Source: an uncultured Holophaga sp. (lineage in GTDB: Bacteria > Acidobacteriota > Holophagae > Holophagales > Holophagaceae). Taken from it: a stretch of DNA of 64,000 nt. Positions 31,358 to 41,735 of the stretch are shown one piece after another. Position numbers and translations under genes: made by a program. The notes below the pieces were generated by a model, which had not been told where the DNA came from, searched no databases, and worked only from the letters and a program-made list of their open reading frames with translations. The number at the start of each line of letters is the position of its first letter. Position 1 is the stretch's first letter. The DNA lies in NCBI GenBank assembly GCA_963664825.1, contig OY761614.1, positions 704,001 to 768,000 of the forward strand. The letters run 5' to 3'.

Positions 31358-32734
31358 TCACAGCCGCCCGCCCAAAGCCTTGTAGAGCGTGATCTGATTG
31401 GTCTGGCAGGCTAGGCGGGTGGCCGCCAGGCCCTGCTGAGCGCCGTAGAGGGATCGCTGAGCCACCAGCACACCCAGATAGCCATCGAGACCTTCCTTGT
31501 AGCGGATCTCGGAGAGGTGATAACTGGCGTCGAGGGCTTCCACCAGGGAACGCTGGGCGTCCAATTGCTCCACGAGAGAGGAACGCCGGACCAGGCCATC
31601 GGCGACTTCCCGGAACCCGGTCTGGATCGCCTTTTCGTACTGGGCGACGGCGATATCCCGATCCAGCTTGGAGACCTTCAGGTTCGCCAATAGGGATCCA
31701 CCGGCGAAGAGGGGCGCTACGATCTGGGGCGTAAAGCTCCAGGTGCGCGTCCCGGAAGAAAAGAGATTCGAGAAATCGGGGCTCATGGTGCCCACCCCCG
31801 CCGTGAGGCTGATGCGGGGGAAGAAGGCCGCTCGCGCCGCTCCGATACTCCCATAGGCCGCCTTGAGCTGGTACTCGGCGTTGAGGATATCGGGACGGCC
31901 GAAGAGCACCGCCGAGGAGAGACCTGCGGAGATGTCCTTCAATTCCCCGGTCCCATCGAGGCCCTTGGGAAGCAGCTCCGGGGGGACAGGAGCACCCACC
32001 AGGAGATCCAGCGCGTGCTGGTCGGTGGCGACCAGACCCCGGAACTTCGCCACATCGGATCGCGCCGAATCCATCTGGCTCTGGGTCTGCCGGAGCTCCA
32101 ATTCGGAGGCGACGCCCAGTTCACGGCTCTTGCGGATCAATTCGTAGTAGGCCTTCTGGGATTCGAAGGTGGCCTGGGCCAGCTGGAGATTATCGCAATC
32201 GGTGGCATACAGGAGGTAGCCCTGGGCGACGGTGGCCACCAGGGAAATCTGGGCGGAGACGCGAGCCTGCTCCGTGGCCAGATACTGATTCAAGGCCCGG
32301 TGCTTGAGGCTCCGGATGCGGCCGAAGAAATCAATTTCCCAGGACATGATGCCGACGTTGACGCTGTCCTGTTCCTTGAGGGTGGCCGTCCCGCCGTTCA
32401 TCTTCTCCGGCAGCCGGTATTTGTTGCCATTGCCCATCACGCCGGCATTGGGTAACAGGTCAGCCCGCTGGATCCGATAGGCGGCCTGCATCTTCTCGAC
32501 GTTCAGGGCGGCGATCCGCAGATCCCGGTTATTGGCCAGGGCCAGCTTGATGACCGATTGCATGCCCGGATTGGTGAAGTAATCCTGCCAATGGATATCG
32601 GCGGCATCGGGTTTCCCGCCCCCCTCCGGCCATGTCTCAGGCACGGGAGCCGCGGGCCGTGTGTACTTCGGAGTCAGGTTGCAGCCGGTCAAGACCAGCA
32701 GGACTCCAGCAGAAAGAATCGACTTCGGTACCAT
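31358..32734 (-). CDS. OprM/NodT-family outer membrane efflux lipoprotein
   Basis: Lipobox LTGC; ALANNRDLRIA; IGAARAAFFPRISLT; LYKALGG. Confidence 0.93.
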   Translation of the reverse strand: MVPKSILSAGVLLVLTGCNLTPKYTRPAAPVPETWPEGGGKPDAADIHWQDYFTNPGMQSVIKLALANNRDLRIAALNVEKMQAAYRIQRADLLPNAGVMGNGNKYRLPEKMNGGTATLKEQDSVNVGIMSWEIDFFGRIRSLKHRALNQYLATEQARVSAQISLVATVAQGYLLYATDCDNLQLAQATFESQKAYYELIRKSRELGVASELELRQTQSQMDSARSDVAKFRGLVATDQHALDLLVGAPVPPELLPKGLDGTGELKDISAGLSSAVLFGRPDILNAEYQLKAAYGSIGAARAAFFPRISLTAGVGTMSPDFSNLFSSGTRTWSFTPQIVAPLFAGGSLLANLKVSKLDRDIAVAQYEKAIQTGFREVADGLVRRSSLVEQLDAQRSLVEALDASYHLSEIRYKEGLDGYLGVLVAQRSLYGAQQGLAATRLACQTNQITLYKALGGRL

Positions 32735-32735
32735 G

Positions 32736-35700
32736 TCATTCCTCCGTCGACAGATCAATGGATGCGGGTTGGGCGTTCGCGGCCTTCTTCTTCCCGAAGA
32801 ACTGGACAACGACCACGTAGAACAGCGGGATGAAGAAGATGGCCAGGAAGGTGGCCGTGAGCATGCCGCCCAGCACGCTGGTGCCAATGGCCATCTGGGC
32901 GCCCGCACCGGCTCCGGAGGCCATGGCCAGGGGCAATACGCCGAATCCGAAGGCGATCGACGTCATGAGGATAGGGCGCAGCCGAAGCTTCGCGGCCTCG
33001 AGGGTGGCCTCGATGAGCCCCATGCCCTGCTCCATGTGCCCCTTCGCGAACTGGACGATGAGGATGGCGTTCTTGGTTGTGAGGCCCAGCACCGTCAGGA
33101 GCCCGATCTGGAAGTAGACATCGTTGGCCATGCCGCGCAGGGAGGTCGCAATGATTCCTCCGATGAGGCCCAGAGGCAGGGCCAGCAAGATGGTGATGGG
33201 AACCGTCCAGCTCTCATAGAGGGCTGCCAGCACCAGGAAGATCACCAGGATCGAGAACGTGTAGAGGAGCCCGGCCTGGGATTCGGACATGCGCTGCTGG
33301 TAGGAGAGGCCGGTCCACTCAGAGGCCGTGCCCTGGGGCAGTTTCTTGACCAGATCCTCCATGGCGTTCATGGCCTCGCCGGAGCTGTACCCAGAGGCGG
33401 GCTCGCCCTGGATGTTCATGGCCGGGAAGCCGTTGTAGCGCTCCAGGCGAGGGGATCCGTAGACCCAGTGGCCCGTGGCGATGGCCGAGAGAGGCACGAG
33501 GCCACCCTTGTCGTTGCGGACATGGATGCGGTTGAGGTCCTCGGGAACCATGCGGAAGGCGGTGTCGGCCTGGGCGTAGACGCGCTTCACGCGGCCGCCC
33601 TGGACGAAGTTGTTGATGTACTGGCTCCCGAAGGCCGCCGACACGTAGCTCTGGACGGAGCTGATGGGGACGCCGAGGGCACCGGCCTTCTCCCAGTCGA
33701 TGTCGATCTTGTACTGGGGCACGTCGGCCATGCCATTGGGTCTCACGCGGGCGAGGCGCGGGTCCTGGGCGGCCATGCCCAGCAGCTGGTTCTGGACCTC
33801 GGTGAGCTTCTCGTGGCCCATATCGCCGCGGTCCTGGAGCATGAAATCGAAACCGGTGGCGTTGCCCAGTTCTGTGACGGCGGGGGGAGGGAAGCAGAAG
33901 ATGCTCGCGCCCTTGATGCGGGCGAAGACCCCCATCGCGCGGCCCGCCACGGCCTTGGCCTTCAGCTCGGGACGGTTGCGCAGATCCCAGTCCTTGAGCT
34001 TGACGAACATCATGGCCTGGTTCTGGCCAGTGCCGGCAAAGCCCATGCCCGCGCCGCCCATGGTGGATTCCACGGCGTCCTTCTGGTCCTCCAGGAAGTG
34101 CTTCTGCACCTGCTGCACGACAGCCTCGGTCTGCTCCAGGGTGGAGCCCACGGGCAGCTGGATCATGGTCATGAGAGTGCCCTGGTCCTCGTCCGGCAGG
34201 TAACCGGTGGGCATGCGCAGGTAGAGAACACCCATGGCGACCACCAGCCCCAGGAAGATGGCGCCGAAGCGCGCCTTCCGACCCAGGATGTAGCTGACGT
34301 ATTTCATGTAGAGATCGCGCAGGCGGAAGAAGGAGCGGTCGAACCACAGAAAGAAGGGGCGCAGGACGCGGATGCCTGTCTCGGCGGCCTCGTGCCCCTT
34401 CTCCACGGGCTTGAGCAGCGTGGCGCAGAGCACGGGGGTCAGGACCAGGGCCACCACCACGGAGAGCATCATGGCGGCGATGACCGTCACCGAGAACTGC
34501 CGGTAGATGACGCCCGTGGAACCGGGGAAGAAGATCATGGGACCGAACACGGCCGACAGCGTGAGGCCGATGCCGATGAGAGCGCTCTGGATCTCTCCCA
34601 TGGACTTGCGGGTGGCCTCCCAGGGACCGAGGCCCTCCTCGCTCATCACGCGCTCCACGTTCTCCACCACCACGATGGCATCGTCCACCAGGAGCCCGAT
34701 GGCCAGCACCATGGCGAACATGGTGAGCATGTTGATGGAGTATCCGAAGGCCGCCATCACGCCGAAGGTACCCAGCAGCACCACGGGCACGGCAATGGTC
34801 GGAATCAGCGTGGCCCTCAGATTGCCCATAAAGAGGTACATCACCAGGAACACCAGGATGACGGCCTCGAAGAGGGTCTTGATCACCTCGTGGATGGCCA
34901 CGCGCACGAAGGGCGTGGTGTCGTAGGGATAGACGACCTTCACGCCCTCGGGGAAGAAGTGGGAGAGCTCCTTCATCTTGGCCTTGACGCCCTCGGCGGT
35001 CTCCAGGGCGTTGGCCCCGGCCTCCTGGCGGATGGCGATGCCCGCGGCGGGGCGGCCATTGTAGAGGAACTTGGTGTCGGCAGATTCGCTGGCAAGCTCC
35101 GTACGACCGATGTCCTTGATGCGCACGACGGAACCATCGGGGCTGGTGCGGATGGGAATGTTGGCGAATTCCTGGGGCGTCACCAGCATGGACTGCACCA
35201 AAATCGAGGCGTTGAGCCGCTGCCCGGGCACGGCAGGACCGCCGCCCAGCTGGCCCGCGGAGACCTCTACGTTGTAGGCCCGCACGGCCGCAGCGATGTC
35301 GTCGGAGGTCATCCCGTACTTGGTGAGCTTGTCGGGATCGAACCAGACGCGCATGGAGTAGCCGGTGCCGAAGATCTGAACCTCGCCCACGCCCTTCACG
35401 CGAGCCAGCACGGACTCGATCTTGGACTTGGCGTAATCCGTGAGATCGGCGTTGCCCATGCTGCCGTCATCCGTGGTGAGGGCCGCGATGATCAGGTAGT
35501 TCCGGGTGGACTTGCTCACGGAGACGCCCATGGTCTGCACCACGGTGGGCAGGCTCGGGATGGCCAGCTGGAGCTTGTTCTGCACCTTGGACCAGGCCAT
35601 ATCAGGATCCGTGCCCGGCGCGAAGGTGAGGGTGACGTTCGCACTGCCGGAGGAATCCGCCGTGGAGTACATGTAGAGCATCTTGTCCAGGCCGGTCATC

Positions 35701-35906
35701 TTCTGTTCGATCATCTGGATGACGCTGTCTTCCACCGTCTTGGCGGAGGCGCCGGGATAGGATGCGCTGATGCTGATGGAGGGGGGGGCGATGGGCGGGT
35801 ACTGGCTCACGGGGAGCTGGAAGATGGCCATGGCGCCCAGGACCATCATGGCGATGGCGATGACCCAGGCGAAGACGGGGCGATCCAGGAAGAAACGCGA
35901 AATCAT
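32736..35906 (-). CDS. AcrB/MexB-type RND efflux permease
   Basis: [39 protein letters not shown]. Confidence 0.96.
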   Translation of the reverse strand: MISRFFLDRPVFAWVIAIAMMVLGAMAIFQLPVSQYPPIAPPSISISASYPGASAKTVEDSVIQMIEQKMTGLDKMLYMYSTADSSGSANVTLTFAPGTDPDMAWSKVQNKLQLAIPSLPTVVQTMGVSVSKSTRNYLIIAALTTDDGSMGNADLTDYAKSKIESVLARVKGVGEVQIFGTGYSMRVWFDPDKLTKYGMTSDDIAAAVRAYNVEVSAGQLGGGPAVPGQRLNASILVQSMLVTPQEFANIPIRTSPDGSVVRIKDIGRTELASESADTKFLYNGRPAAGIAIRQEAGANALETAEGVKAKMKELSHFFPEGVKVVYPYDTTPFVRVAIHEVIKTLFEAVILVFLVMYLFMGNLRATLIPTIAVPVVLLGTFGVMAAFGYSINMLTMFAMVLAIGLLVDDAIVVVENVERVMSEEGLGPWEATRKSMGEIQSALIGIGLTLSAVFGPMIFFPGSTGVIYRQFSVTVIAAMMLSVVVALVLTPVLCATLLKPVEKGHEAAETGIRVLRPFFLWFDRSFFRLRDLYMKYVSYILGRKARFGAIFLGLVVAMGVLYLRMPTGYLPDEDQGTLMTMIQLPVGSTLEQTEAVVQQVQKHFLEDQKDAVESTMGGAGMGFAGTGQNQAMMFVKLKDWDLRNRPELKAKAVAGRAMGVFARIKGASIFCFPPPAVTELGNATGFDFMLQDRGDMGHEKLTEVQNQLLGMAAQDPRLARVRPNGMADVPQYKIDIDWEKAGALGVPISSVQSYVSAAFGSQYINNFVQGGRVKRVYAQADTAFRMVPEDLNRIHVRNDKGGLVPLSAIATGHWVYGSPRLERYNGFPAMNIQGEPASGYSSGEAMNAMEDLVKKLPQGTASEWTGLSYQQRMSESQAGLLYTFSILVIFLVLAALYESWTVPITILLALPLGLIGGIIATSLRGMANDVYFQIGLLTVLGLTTKNAILIVQFAKGHMEQGMGLIEATLEAAKLRLRPILMTSIAFGFGVLPLAMASGAGAGAQMAIGTSVLGGMLTATFLAIFFIPLFYVVVVQFFGKKKAANAQPASIDLSTEE

Positions 35907-35915
35907 GGGGCCTCC

Positions 35916-37085
35916 CTACTTCTTCGAGGCGGAGGGCTGAATGCCTTGCGCCTGAGAGTTGAAGGGAACGGCCTTGACCGTCATGCCCGGCTTGACCTTC
36001 TGCTGGCCTTCCACGATGACCCTGTCCCCGGCCGCGAGGCCGCCGGTGACGAGCCACCTGTTCCCCATGGCCCGATCCACGTTCAGGATCCGCTGTTCCA
36101 CCTTGTTGGACTTGTCCAGGACCAGGGCGATGGCATTGCCCTTGGTGTCGCGGGTGACCCCCTGCTGCATGGCCAGGATGGCCTGCTCGTCCACGCCATC
36201 TTCCACGATGGCCCGCACGAACATGCCAGGGAGCAGGGTCTGCTTGGGATTGGGGAATACCATGCGGAGCGTGACCGCCCCCGTGGAGGGCTCTACCGTG
36301 ACATCCCGGAACTGGAGCTTGCCCTCCAAGGGATAGGTCGTTCCATCCTCCAGGAGCAGCTTCACCTTGCGGGCGCTATCCCCACTCTTGAGGTGGCCGC
36401 TCTCCATGCTGCGCCGCAGGCGGAGCAGATCGGAACTGGACTGGGTGACATCCACATAGATGGGATCCATCTGCTGCACCGTGGCCAGGGCAAGGGGCTG
36501 GTACGCGGCCACCAGGGCTCCCACGGTGACGCTGGACATGCCCGTGCGTCCGGAGATGGGGGCCTTGATGGGCGTGTTGGCGAGGTTGATGCGGGCGCTC
36601 TCCACGGCCGCCTTGGCCGCCGCCACGCTGGCGATGGCCCGCTGGTGGGCGGCCTCGGCCTCCTCGGCATCCTGCTCGCCCACGGCATGGATCTTCACGA
36701 GGCTCTTCATGCGCTCGGCCCGGGACCGGATCGAGGGAAGGCTCAATTCAGCCGAGACCAAGGCGGCCTGGGCCTGATCCAGGGCCGCCTTGTAGGGGGC
36801 CGGATCGATCTGGTAGAGCGTGCTTCCAGCATGCACCAGCGACCCCTCCTGGAAGAGCCGCTTGAGGATGAGACCACTCACCTGGGGCCGAATCTCGGCG
36901 ACGAGAAAGGCCGAGATACGCCCAGGCAGTTCGGTCGTCAGAACCACCCGCTGGGTGCTGACGGTCTGGACGGCCACTTCGGGAATCGGCTTGGGCGGAG
37001 GTGCGGACTTGCATCCCATGGCTGCGCCGACAATCCCAATAAGGCCCGCGACGGCCAGCCAGTTTGCTTTGTGCTCGATTTTCAT
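35916..37085 (-). CDS. AcrA/MexA-type periplasmic adaptor
   Basis: ELPGR...AEIRPQVSG, APISGR, LLPGMFVRA. Confidence 0.94.
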   Translation of the reverse strand: MKIEHKANWLAVAGLIGIVGAAMGCKSAPPPKPIPEVAVQTVSTQRVVLTTELPGRISAFLVAEIRPQVSGLILKRLFQEGSLVHAGSTLYQIDPAPYKAALDQAQAALVSAELSLPSIRSRAERMKSLVKIHAVGEQDAEEAEAAHQRAIASVAAAKAAVESARINLANTPIKAPISGRTGMSSVTVGALVAAYQPLALATVQQMDPIYVDVTQSSSDLLRLRRSMESGHLKSGDSARKVKLLLEDGTTYPLEGKLQFRDVTVEPSTGAVTLRMVFPNPKQTLLPGMFVRAIVEDGVDEQAILAMQQGVTRDTKGNAIALVLDKSNKVEQRILNVDRAMGNRWLVTGGLAAGDRVIVEGQQKVKPGMTVKAVPFNSQAQGIQPSASKK

Positions 37086-37156
37086 ACGCACCTCAAAGAA
37101 AGAACCATCATCAGCCTGAATTCGGTCATCTGCACAGTTTCCTGCGGAGGGAGCCC

Positions 37157-37690
37157 CTAAGCATCACGGATGTGTGAAGACAGCACCTGGGACGGCCCCT
37201 TGGCCATCTGTGCATCAAGAGCATCTGCGCAACGGTCGCCGACCATCGTAAGGAGCCGTGCGAGTTCACGGCGGTCCTCCACCCGGAGGGGGCTGATGGT
37301 GGCTTCGAGATGTTCGCGGAAGGCTGCCAGAATCTTGTCCCGCATCGCCCACCCCGCCTCGCTGAGTCGAATGCGCATCAGGCGCTGGTCTTTGGGATCC
37401 GACCAGCGTTCGATGAAGCCCTGTCGTTCGATGCGTTGCAGCATGGTGGTGATCGTGGCGGGGGAGAGATGGAGGATCGCCACCAAATCCCGTTGGGTGA
37501 TGTCCTCATGCTCACCCAGGATTCGCAAGCACTCCAACTGGGCCGGATGCCCCCCGGCGATAGGAACGGCGCGCATGAGCAGTTGGCGCCGGAGATGGGA
37601 AAGCCGCCGGAACTGGCGCACGACCTCCATGGACATCGGGTCCACGTCAGCGAACGCGCTCTCACCGGAACAGCCCTCGGGGTGGGTCAT
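37157..37690 (-). CDS. MarR-family regulator
   Basis: ITQRDL...SPATITTMLQRIERQGFIER..DPKDQR winged HTH. Confidence 0.9.
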   Translation of the reverse strand: MTHPEGCSGESAFADVDPMSMEVVRQFRRLSHLRRQLLMRAVPIAGGHPAQLECLRILGEHEDITQRDLVAILHLSPATITTMLQRIERQGFIERWSDPKDQRLMRIRLSEAGWAMRDKILAAFREHLEATISPLRVEDRRELARLLTMVGDRCADALDAQMAKGPSQVLSSHIRDA

Positions 37691-37828
37691 CTTGCATCCT
37701 TTCGGCAGCGCATCGGGCAGATCATCCTTCGCTACCGAAAGATTAGCACGCGAATCATTCCCCGCATAGCCCTGGGGATGACTTGCCTCCAGGAAGCCCG
37801 GGGTTGAAGCTGGGGAGGGAGGTCACGG

Positions 37829-38521
37829 ATGCACGCGCACAAGTCTCAGTCAGATGCCTTCTTCAGCCCGGCGCTCTTCCGTTTCCTCACAGAATTGGCG
37901 GTTCACAACGACAGGACGTGGTTCCAGGCCAACCGGGAGCGCTTCGAGACGGAGGTTCGGGAGCCCATGCAGGCCTTCATCGCGGCCTTCGCCGAACCCT
38001 TGAGGGCCCTGAGTCCCCACTTCCTGGCAGACCCCCGGCCCTCGGGCGGTTCCATGTTCCGCATCTTCCGTGATATGCGCTTCTCCAAGGATAAGAGCCC
38101 GTACAAACTCAACGTGGGTGCCCAGTTCCGCCATCGGGAAGGTTCCAAGGACGTCCACGGACCGAGCTTCTACCTGCATCTGGAGCCCGGAGGATGCTTC
38201 ATGGGCGCGGGCCTATGGCATCCGGGCCCGCCTTCCCTGCGCCAGGTGCGCACGCACATGGTCGGCCACCCGAGGGAATGGAAGGCCCTCCGCTCCCAGG
38301 GCATCCAGGTGACCGGAGAGGCCCTCAAGCGTGTGCCCCAAGGCTTCGACCCGACCCATCCCCTGGCCGACGATCTCAAGCTCAAAGACTTCTACACCTG
38401 CACGCCCCTCACCGAGCAACAGGCCTGTGCGCCGGGTTTCCTGGAGCACTACACGGAAGCCTGCCAGCGGGATGCCCCCCTGATGCGCTTCCTCTCCCAG
38501 GCGCTGGAGTTGCCTTACTGA
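37829..38521 (+). CDS. DUF2461 (TIGR02453) family protein
   Basis: HNDRTWFQANRERFE, FRIFRDMRFSKDKSPYK. Confidence 0.88.
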   Translation: MHAHKSQSDAFFSPALFRFLTELAVHNDRTWFQANRERFETEVREPMQAFIAAFAEPLRALSPHFLADPRPSGGSMFRIFRDMRFSKDKSPYKLNVGAQFRHREGSKDVHGPSFYLHLEPGGCFMGAGLWHPGPPSLRQVRTHMVGHPREWKALRSQGIQVTGEALKRVPQGFDPTHPLADDLKLKDFYTCTPLTEQQACAPGFLEHYTEACQRDAPLMRFLSQALELPY

Positions 38522-38604
38522 AACCGAGGCCTGATACGAGGGCCCTCATCCTCTCATACGGAAATACCGATACATACACGGAAAGATGACGAGAGGCTAG
38601 GCCG

Positions 38605-38865
38605 ATGTCACGATTCGACGACGAAGGCGCCCCACTCATCACCCGGACCGTAACGGACCGCTGGAACCTTCCGGTCCCCAACATCCAAAGCGTCCTCCGA
38701 ATGCAATCCACCGCCCTGAGGCTCCGATGGGAGGCCCTCCGGAAAAGCGCCGCCGATGGCCCGCCCGAGGCCGAGCCGGAGGATGCGGAAGCCCCAGAAG
38801 CCTATGGCGAGCACGGAGAGCGGCTTCACGGGGCCCCCACCCCGCACATTCGCCTGGAGGGGTGA
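38605..38865 (+). CDS. Hypothetical protein
   Basis: 86-aa ORF with GAGG upstream; no recognised motif. Confidence 0.35.
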   Translation: MSRFDDEGAPLITRTVTDRWNLPVPNIQSVLRMQSTALRLRWEALRKSAADGPPEAEPEDAEAPEAYGEHGERLHGAPTPHIRLEG

Positions 38866-38913
38866 ATGGGTAGGGCTCCGCCAGGCCTTGCCCTCAGGGG
38901 ATCCGAAGGAGTG

Positions 38914-39030
38914 CTATCCGAGCTTATTTTTCGGACTCTTCTCCTGCTTGGTCTTGGCCTTCTCCTTGAGCTTCTCGGAGTTCTGCTTCTGGGCCTTTTC
39001 CTTGTCCTTCTTGCCGCCCTTATCTCCCAT
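38914..39030 (-). CDS. 38-aa lysine-rich small protein (MGDKGGKKDKEK...)
   Basis: AGGAGG RBS at good spacing; strongly host-like codons (AAG, GAG). Confidence 0.65.
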   Translation of the reverse strand: MGDKGGKKDKEKAQKQNSEKLKEKAKTKQEKSPKNKLG

Positions 39031-39437
39031 GATTTCCCTCCTGGATGGTTGGTAGCCTTCGCCGCTAATCGGCTCTGATGTGTGTAGAAGTCGATGCCAT
39101 CTTCGCATCGTTTTTCTCAAAACGGAGGGGTGTTTTGGAGAGGCCGAAGACCCTCATCCTGGGCTGACCCGCCCAAGGGGCATCACGCGGTGGGAAGGGG
39201 CAGGTCGTGTGAACGCAGGAAGGTCCACTTGTCCCAGGAGCCGCGTTGGAAAACAATCTGCCCTTTTCTCGATTTCAGCTTCACTCCGACTCATCAAGCG
39301 CATCCTGGAGATGGCCTGGATCCGAGCAACAGCGGCCATGGGTTCTCCTGACCCATCAGGCGGTCCCCCCTGCCTTGGCAGGGATCGGTACCGGGTGCCG
39401 ACTTGGCCTGGCCAAATGAACGAGAGGATGGAACGGA

Positions 39438-39608
39438 ATGGAAGAGCGGAAAATCATTCAGATCACGGCCATATCCAATGGCGACATCCTTGCTTTGGCC
39501 AGCGATGGCACGATCTGGCGTGGCCAGGACCTGGGACGGGGAGGGCTGGAATGGGGACGGGAGTCAGGCCCTTTTGAGGCGGGAAAAAACGAATCGTCAC
39601 GAACCTGA
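39438..39608 (+). CDS. 56-aa small protein (MEERKIIQITAISNGDILALASDGTIW...), below the ORF-track cutoff
   Basis: Translated by hand; protein-like beta-strand pattern. Confidence 0.45.
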   Translation: MEERKIIQITAISNGDILALASDGTIWRGQDLGRGGLEWGRESGPFEAGKNESSRT

Positions 39609-39894
39609 GTGAAGAGATCAACAGCGGCCCGAGGCTGACGCCTCTTCGCGGATATCGAGGACAAGAGCCGCGCCAGGTAGTGCGCCTTCCGAGACTCTCC
39701 CGCGATGGACTTGCCTTCTGAACGGTGGCCTTTCATACTAGAAGTGGAGTCTGGATGCGCCATCAGCACGCGACAACCTGGATGAACTTGGAGACGGTTG
39801 AAGTCTCCAGGACCGAAGCCTAGGCTCCGGCCCTCACCCACTCAGAGGTGCCCCCAGGAGGGGCTTGAGCGGTCATTCATCCAGGAAATCCACC

Positions 39895-41004
39895 ATGACG
39901 CATCATGCGCATTCTTTTGCAGGCCTCGGCCTGCCATCATTCGATCCCCTCGCACCCTACGGCTGGTCCCCAACTCGCAGTGAGGAGTTTCACGCCATCG
40001 CCCCTCCTGGCTGCGAGCCAGGACGCATCGTGGCCTCAACTCGAGGCCTCGCCCTCGCGCAAACCGCCAGGGGCGAATGCTGGGGCGTGCCCACGGGCCG
40101 CCTCCGCGAGCGCCTCCAGCGCACAGAGCTGATCCTATGCGCCGGGGACTGGATCATCCTCCAGGCGAATTCCGGCCCATCGAAAGCCTCCGTTGTGGAT
40201 CTACTCCCTCGCGAAGCTTCGCTCACGCGGCTGGGGACTGGGGCTGGCAGTCGCTCCCAGTGCCTTGCGGCCAACCTCGACGTGCTCTTCCTGGTCATGG
40301 GATTGGACCGCAATTTCAACCCGGCCCGAATGGAGCGCCTGCTGGCCCTGGCCTGGGGCAGCGGCGCCCAGCCCGTGGTGGTGCTCACCAAGCGCGACCT
40401 CAACCCGCGATGGGAGGCCTTTGCCGCCAGGATCGAGGGAAGCGCTCCAGGCGTGCCCGTGCGAGCGATTTCCGCGTGGAGCCGAGAAGGCCTGGAAGAT
40501 ATCCAGGAGCATCTCTCCGAAGGGCGCACTGGTGTCATGGTGGGATCCTCGGGTGCCGGGAAGTCGACCCTCCTCAACGCCCTGATGGGCAGCGATGTGC
40601 GGCGCACGCAGGAGGTTCGCGTCGCGGATGGCCGAGGGCGCCACACTACGTCCTTGCGCGAACTCTTCCTGTTGCCCAGTGGCGGATGCCTCATCGATAC
40701 GCCAGGCATTCGCGAAGTGGGCCTCAGTGCCGAGGGAACCGACCTGGATTCAGCATTCTCCGACATCGCAGGTCTTGCCAGTGGTTGTCGATTCCGCGAT
40801 TGCACCCACGGCGCCGAGCCGGGGTGCGCTGTGCAGGCCGCCCTCTCGGTAGGCTCCCTCGATCCGGACCGCTACGGCCACTATCTGCGCCTGCGCCGGG
40901 AGGTGGCCTTCGAGGCTGCCCGCAGCGATGAGCACCTCTGGCGTGAGCGCGAGGAGAAGTGGCGCCGCATCAGCAAACTCCAGAAGCACTTCAAGAAGAG
41001 GTGA
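39895..41004 (+). CDS. rsgA: Ribosome small subunit-dependent GTPase A family protein
   Basis: Circularly permuted GTPase: TKRD, GSSGAGKST, GRHTT, DTPG, CRFRDCTHGAEPGC. Confidence 0.93.
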   Translation: MTHHAHSFAGLGLPSFDPLAPYGWSPTRSEEFHAIAPPGCEPGRIVASTRGLALAQTARGECWGVPTGRLRERLQRTELILCAGDWIILQANSGPSKASVVDLLPREASLTRLGTGAGSRSQCLAANLDVLFLVMGLDRNFNPARMERLLALAWGSGAQPVVVLTKRDLNPRWEAFAARIEGSAPGVPVRAISAWSREGLEDIQEHLSEGRTGVMVGSSGAGKSTLLNALMGSDVRRTQEVRVADGRGRHTTSLRELFLLPSGGCLIDTPGIREVGLSAEGTDLDSAFSDIAGLASGCRFRDCTHGAEPGCAVQAALSVGSLDPDRYGHYLRLRREVAFEAARSDEHLWREREEKWRRISKLQKHFKKR

Positions 41005-41007
41005 CGC

Positions 41008-41355
41008 ATGTCCCACCATCAACGCCAGCCCTTCAGCCAGCCGACTGACGCCTTTCTCTGCGCACACTGCGGCAGTACCGTGCCGGGAGAGGCGCCGGGA
41101 ACTCGGCAGCGCAATCACTGTCCACGCTGTCTCCACAGCCTTCATGTGGACATCACGGTGGGGGATCGGCGCAGCCTGTGTAAAGGCGTCATGGATCCCA
41201 TCAGCGTATGGGTCCGCCACGGAGAAGAGGTCGCCCTCCTGCACCGTTGCCAGCGCTGCGGCGTCATCCGCTCCAACCGGATCGCGGGGGACGACGATTC
41301 CGAACCCTTGCGCGAACTTTTTCGACTCCTTGAGGTCGCAGGAGGGGCGATCTGA
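41008..41355 (+). CDS. RNHCP domain protein
   Basis: FLCAHCG, RNHCPRCLHSLHVD, HRCQRCG, NRIAGDD. Confidence 0.9.
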   Translation: MSHHQRQPFSQPTDAFLCAHCGSTVPGEAPGTRQRNHCPRCLHSLHVDITVGDRRSLCKGVMDPISVWVRHGEEVALLHRCQRCGVIRSNRIAGDDDSEPLRELFRLLEVAGGAI

Positions 41356-41373
41356 GGTCCTCTAGAATCTCTG

Positions 41374-41450
41374 TGTAGCGCGGCAAAATGAATCGTCTGG
41401 AATCCGTCAGATTGATTGGTAATTTTCAATTATTTTGACGGATTTAGCCT
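41374..41450 (-). mobile_element. Orphan Mu-like right end, copy 1
   Basis: TGTAGCGCGGCAAAATGAA followed by AATCCGTCAGATTGATTGG and an inverted site; matches 44181 and 50766. Confidence 0.85.
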
Positions 41451-41616
41451 ATCGGCTTCAGTTCCCGTTACGGAAACGGAAGTTCTTACAAAAAATGACC
41501 GCAATTGCCCATCCCCATTGGTTTCCCGAGGATGGGCGTGTTGTTGAACTGGCTACATGGTGAATTGGAGTAGTTCGAAAACCCTCTTCTGATATGGCGT
41601 TGCTGAGGCATTCCGA

Positions 41617-41735
41617 GTCGTTCCCTTTGAATTCCTGAACGGAGACGGGAATGCCCTCCCGGTTTCAGATGAGGCCCACCATGATCTGGAGCTTGTCGTT
41701 GCGCCCCTCCTTGCCGTGGGAGTAGGCACCCAAGG
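41617..41735 (-). pseudogene. IS1634-like transposase fragment
   Basis: Hand translation LGAYSHGKEGRNDKLQIMVGLI*NREGIPVSVQEFKGN, with an internal stop. Confidence 0.6.

Noticed and set aside
32661..37160. 1499-aa plus-strand ORF and other long antisense ORFs (e.g. 22547-24550, 28242-29930, 44704-46008)
   Set aside because: Shadow frames opposite well-supported genes in high-GC DNA; no recognisable motifs.
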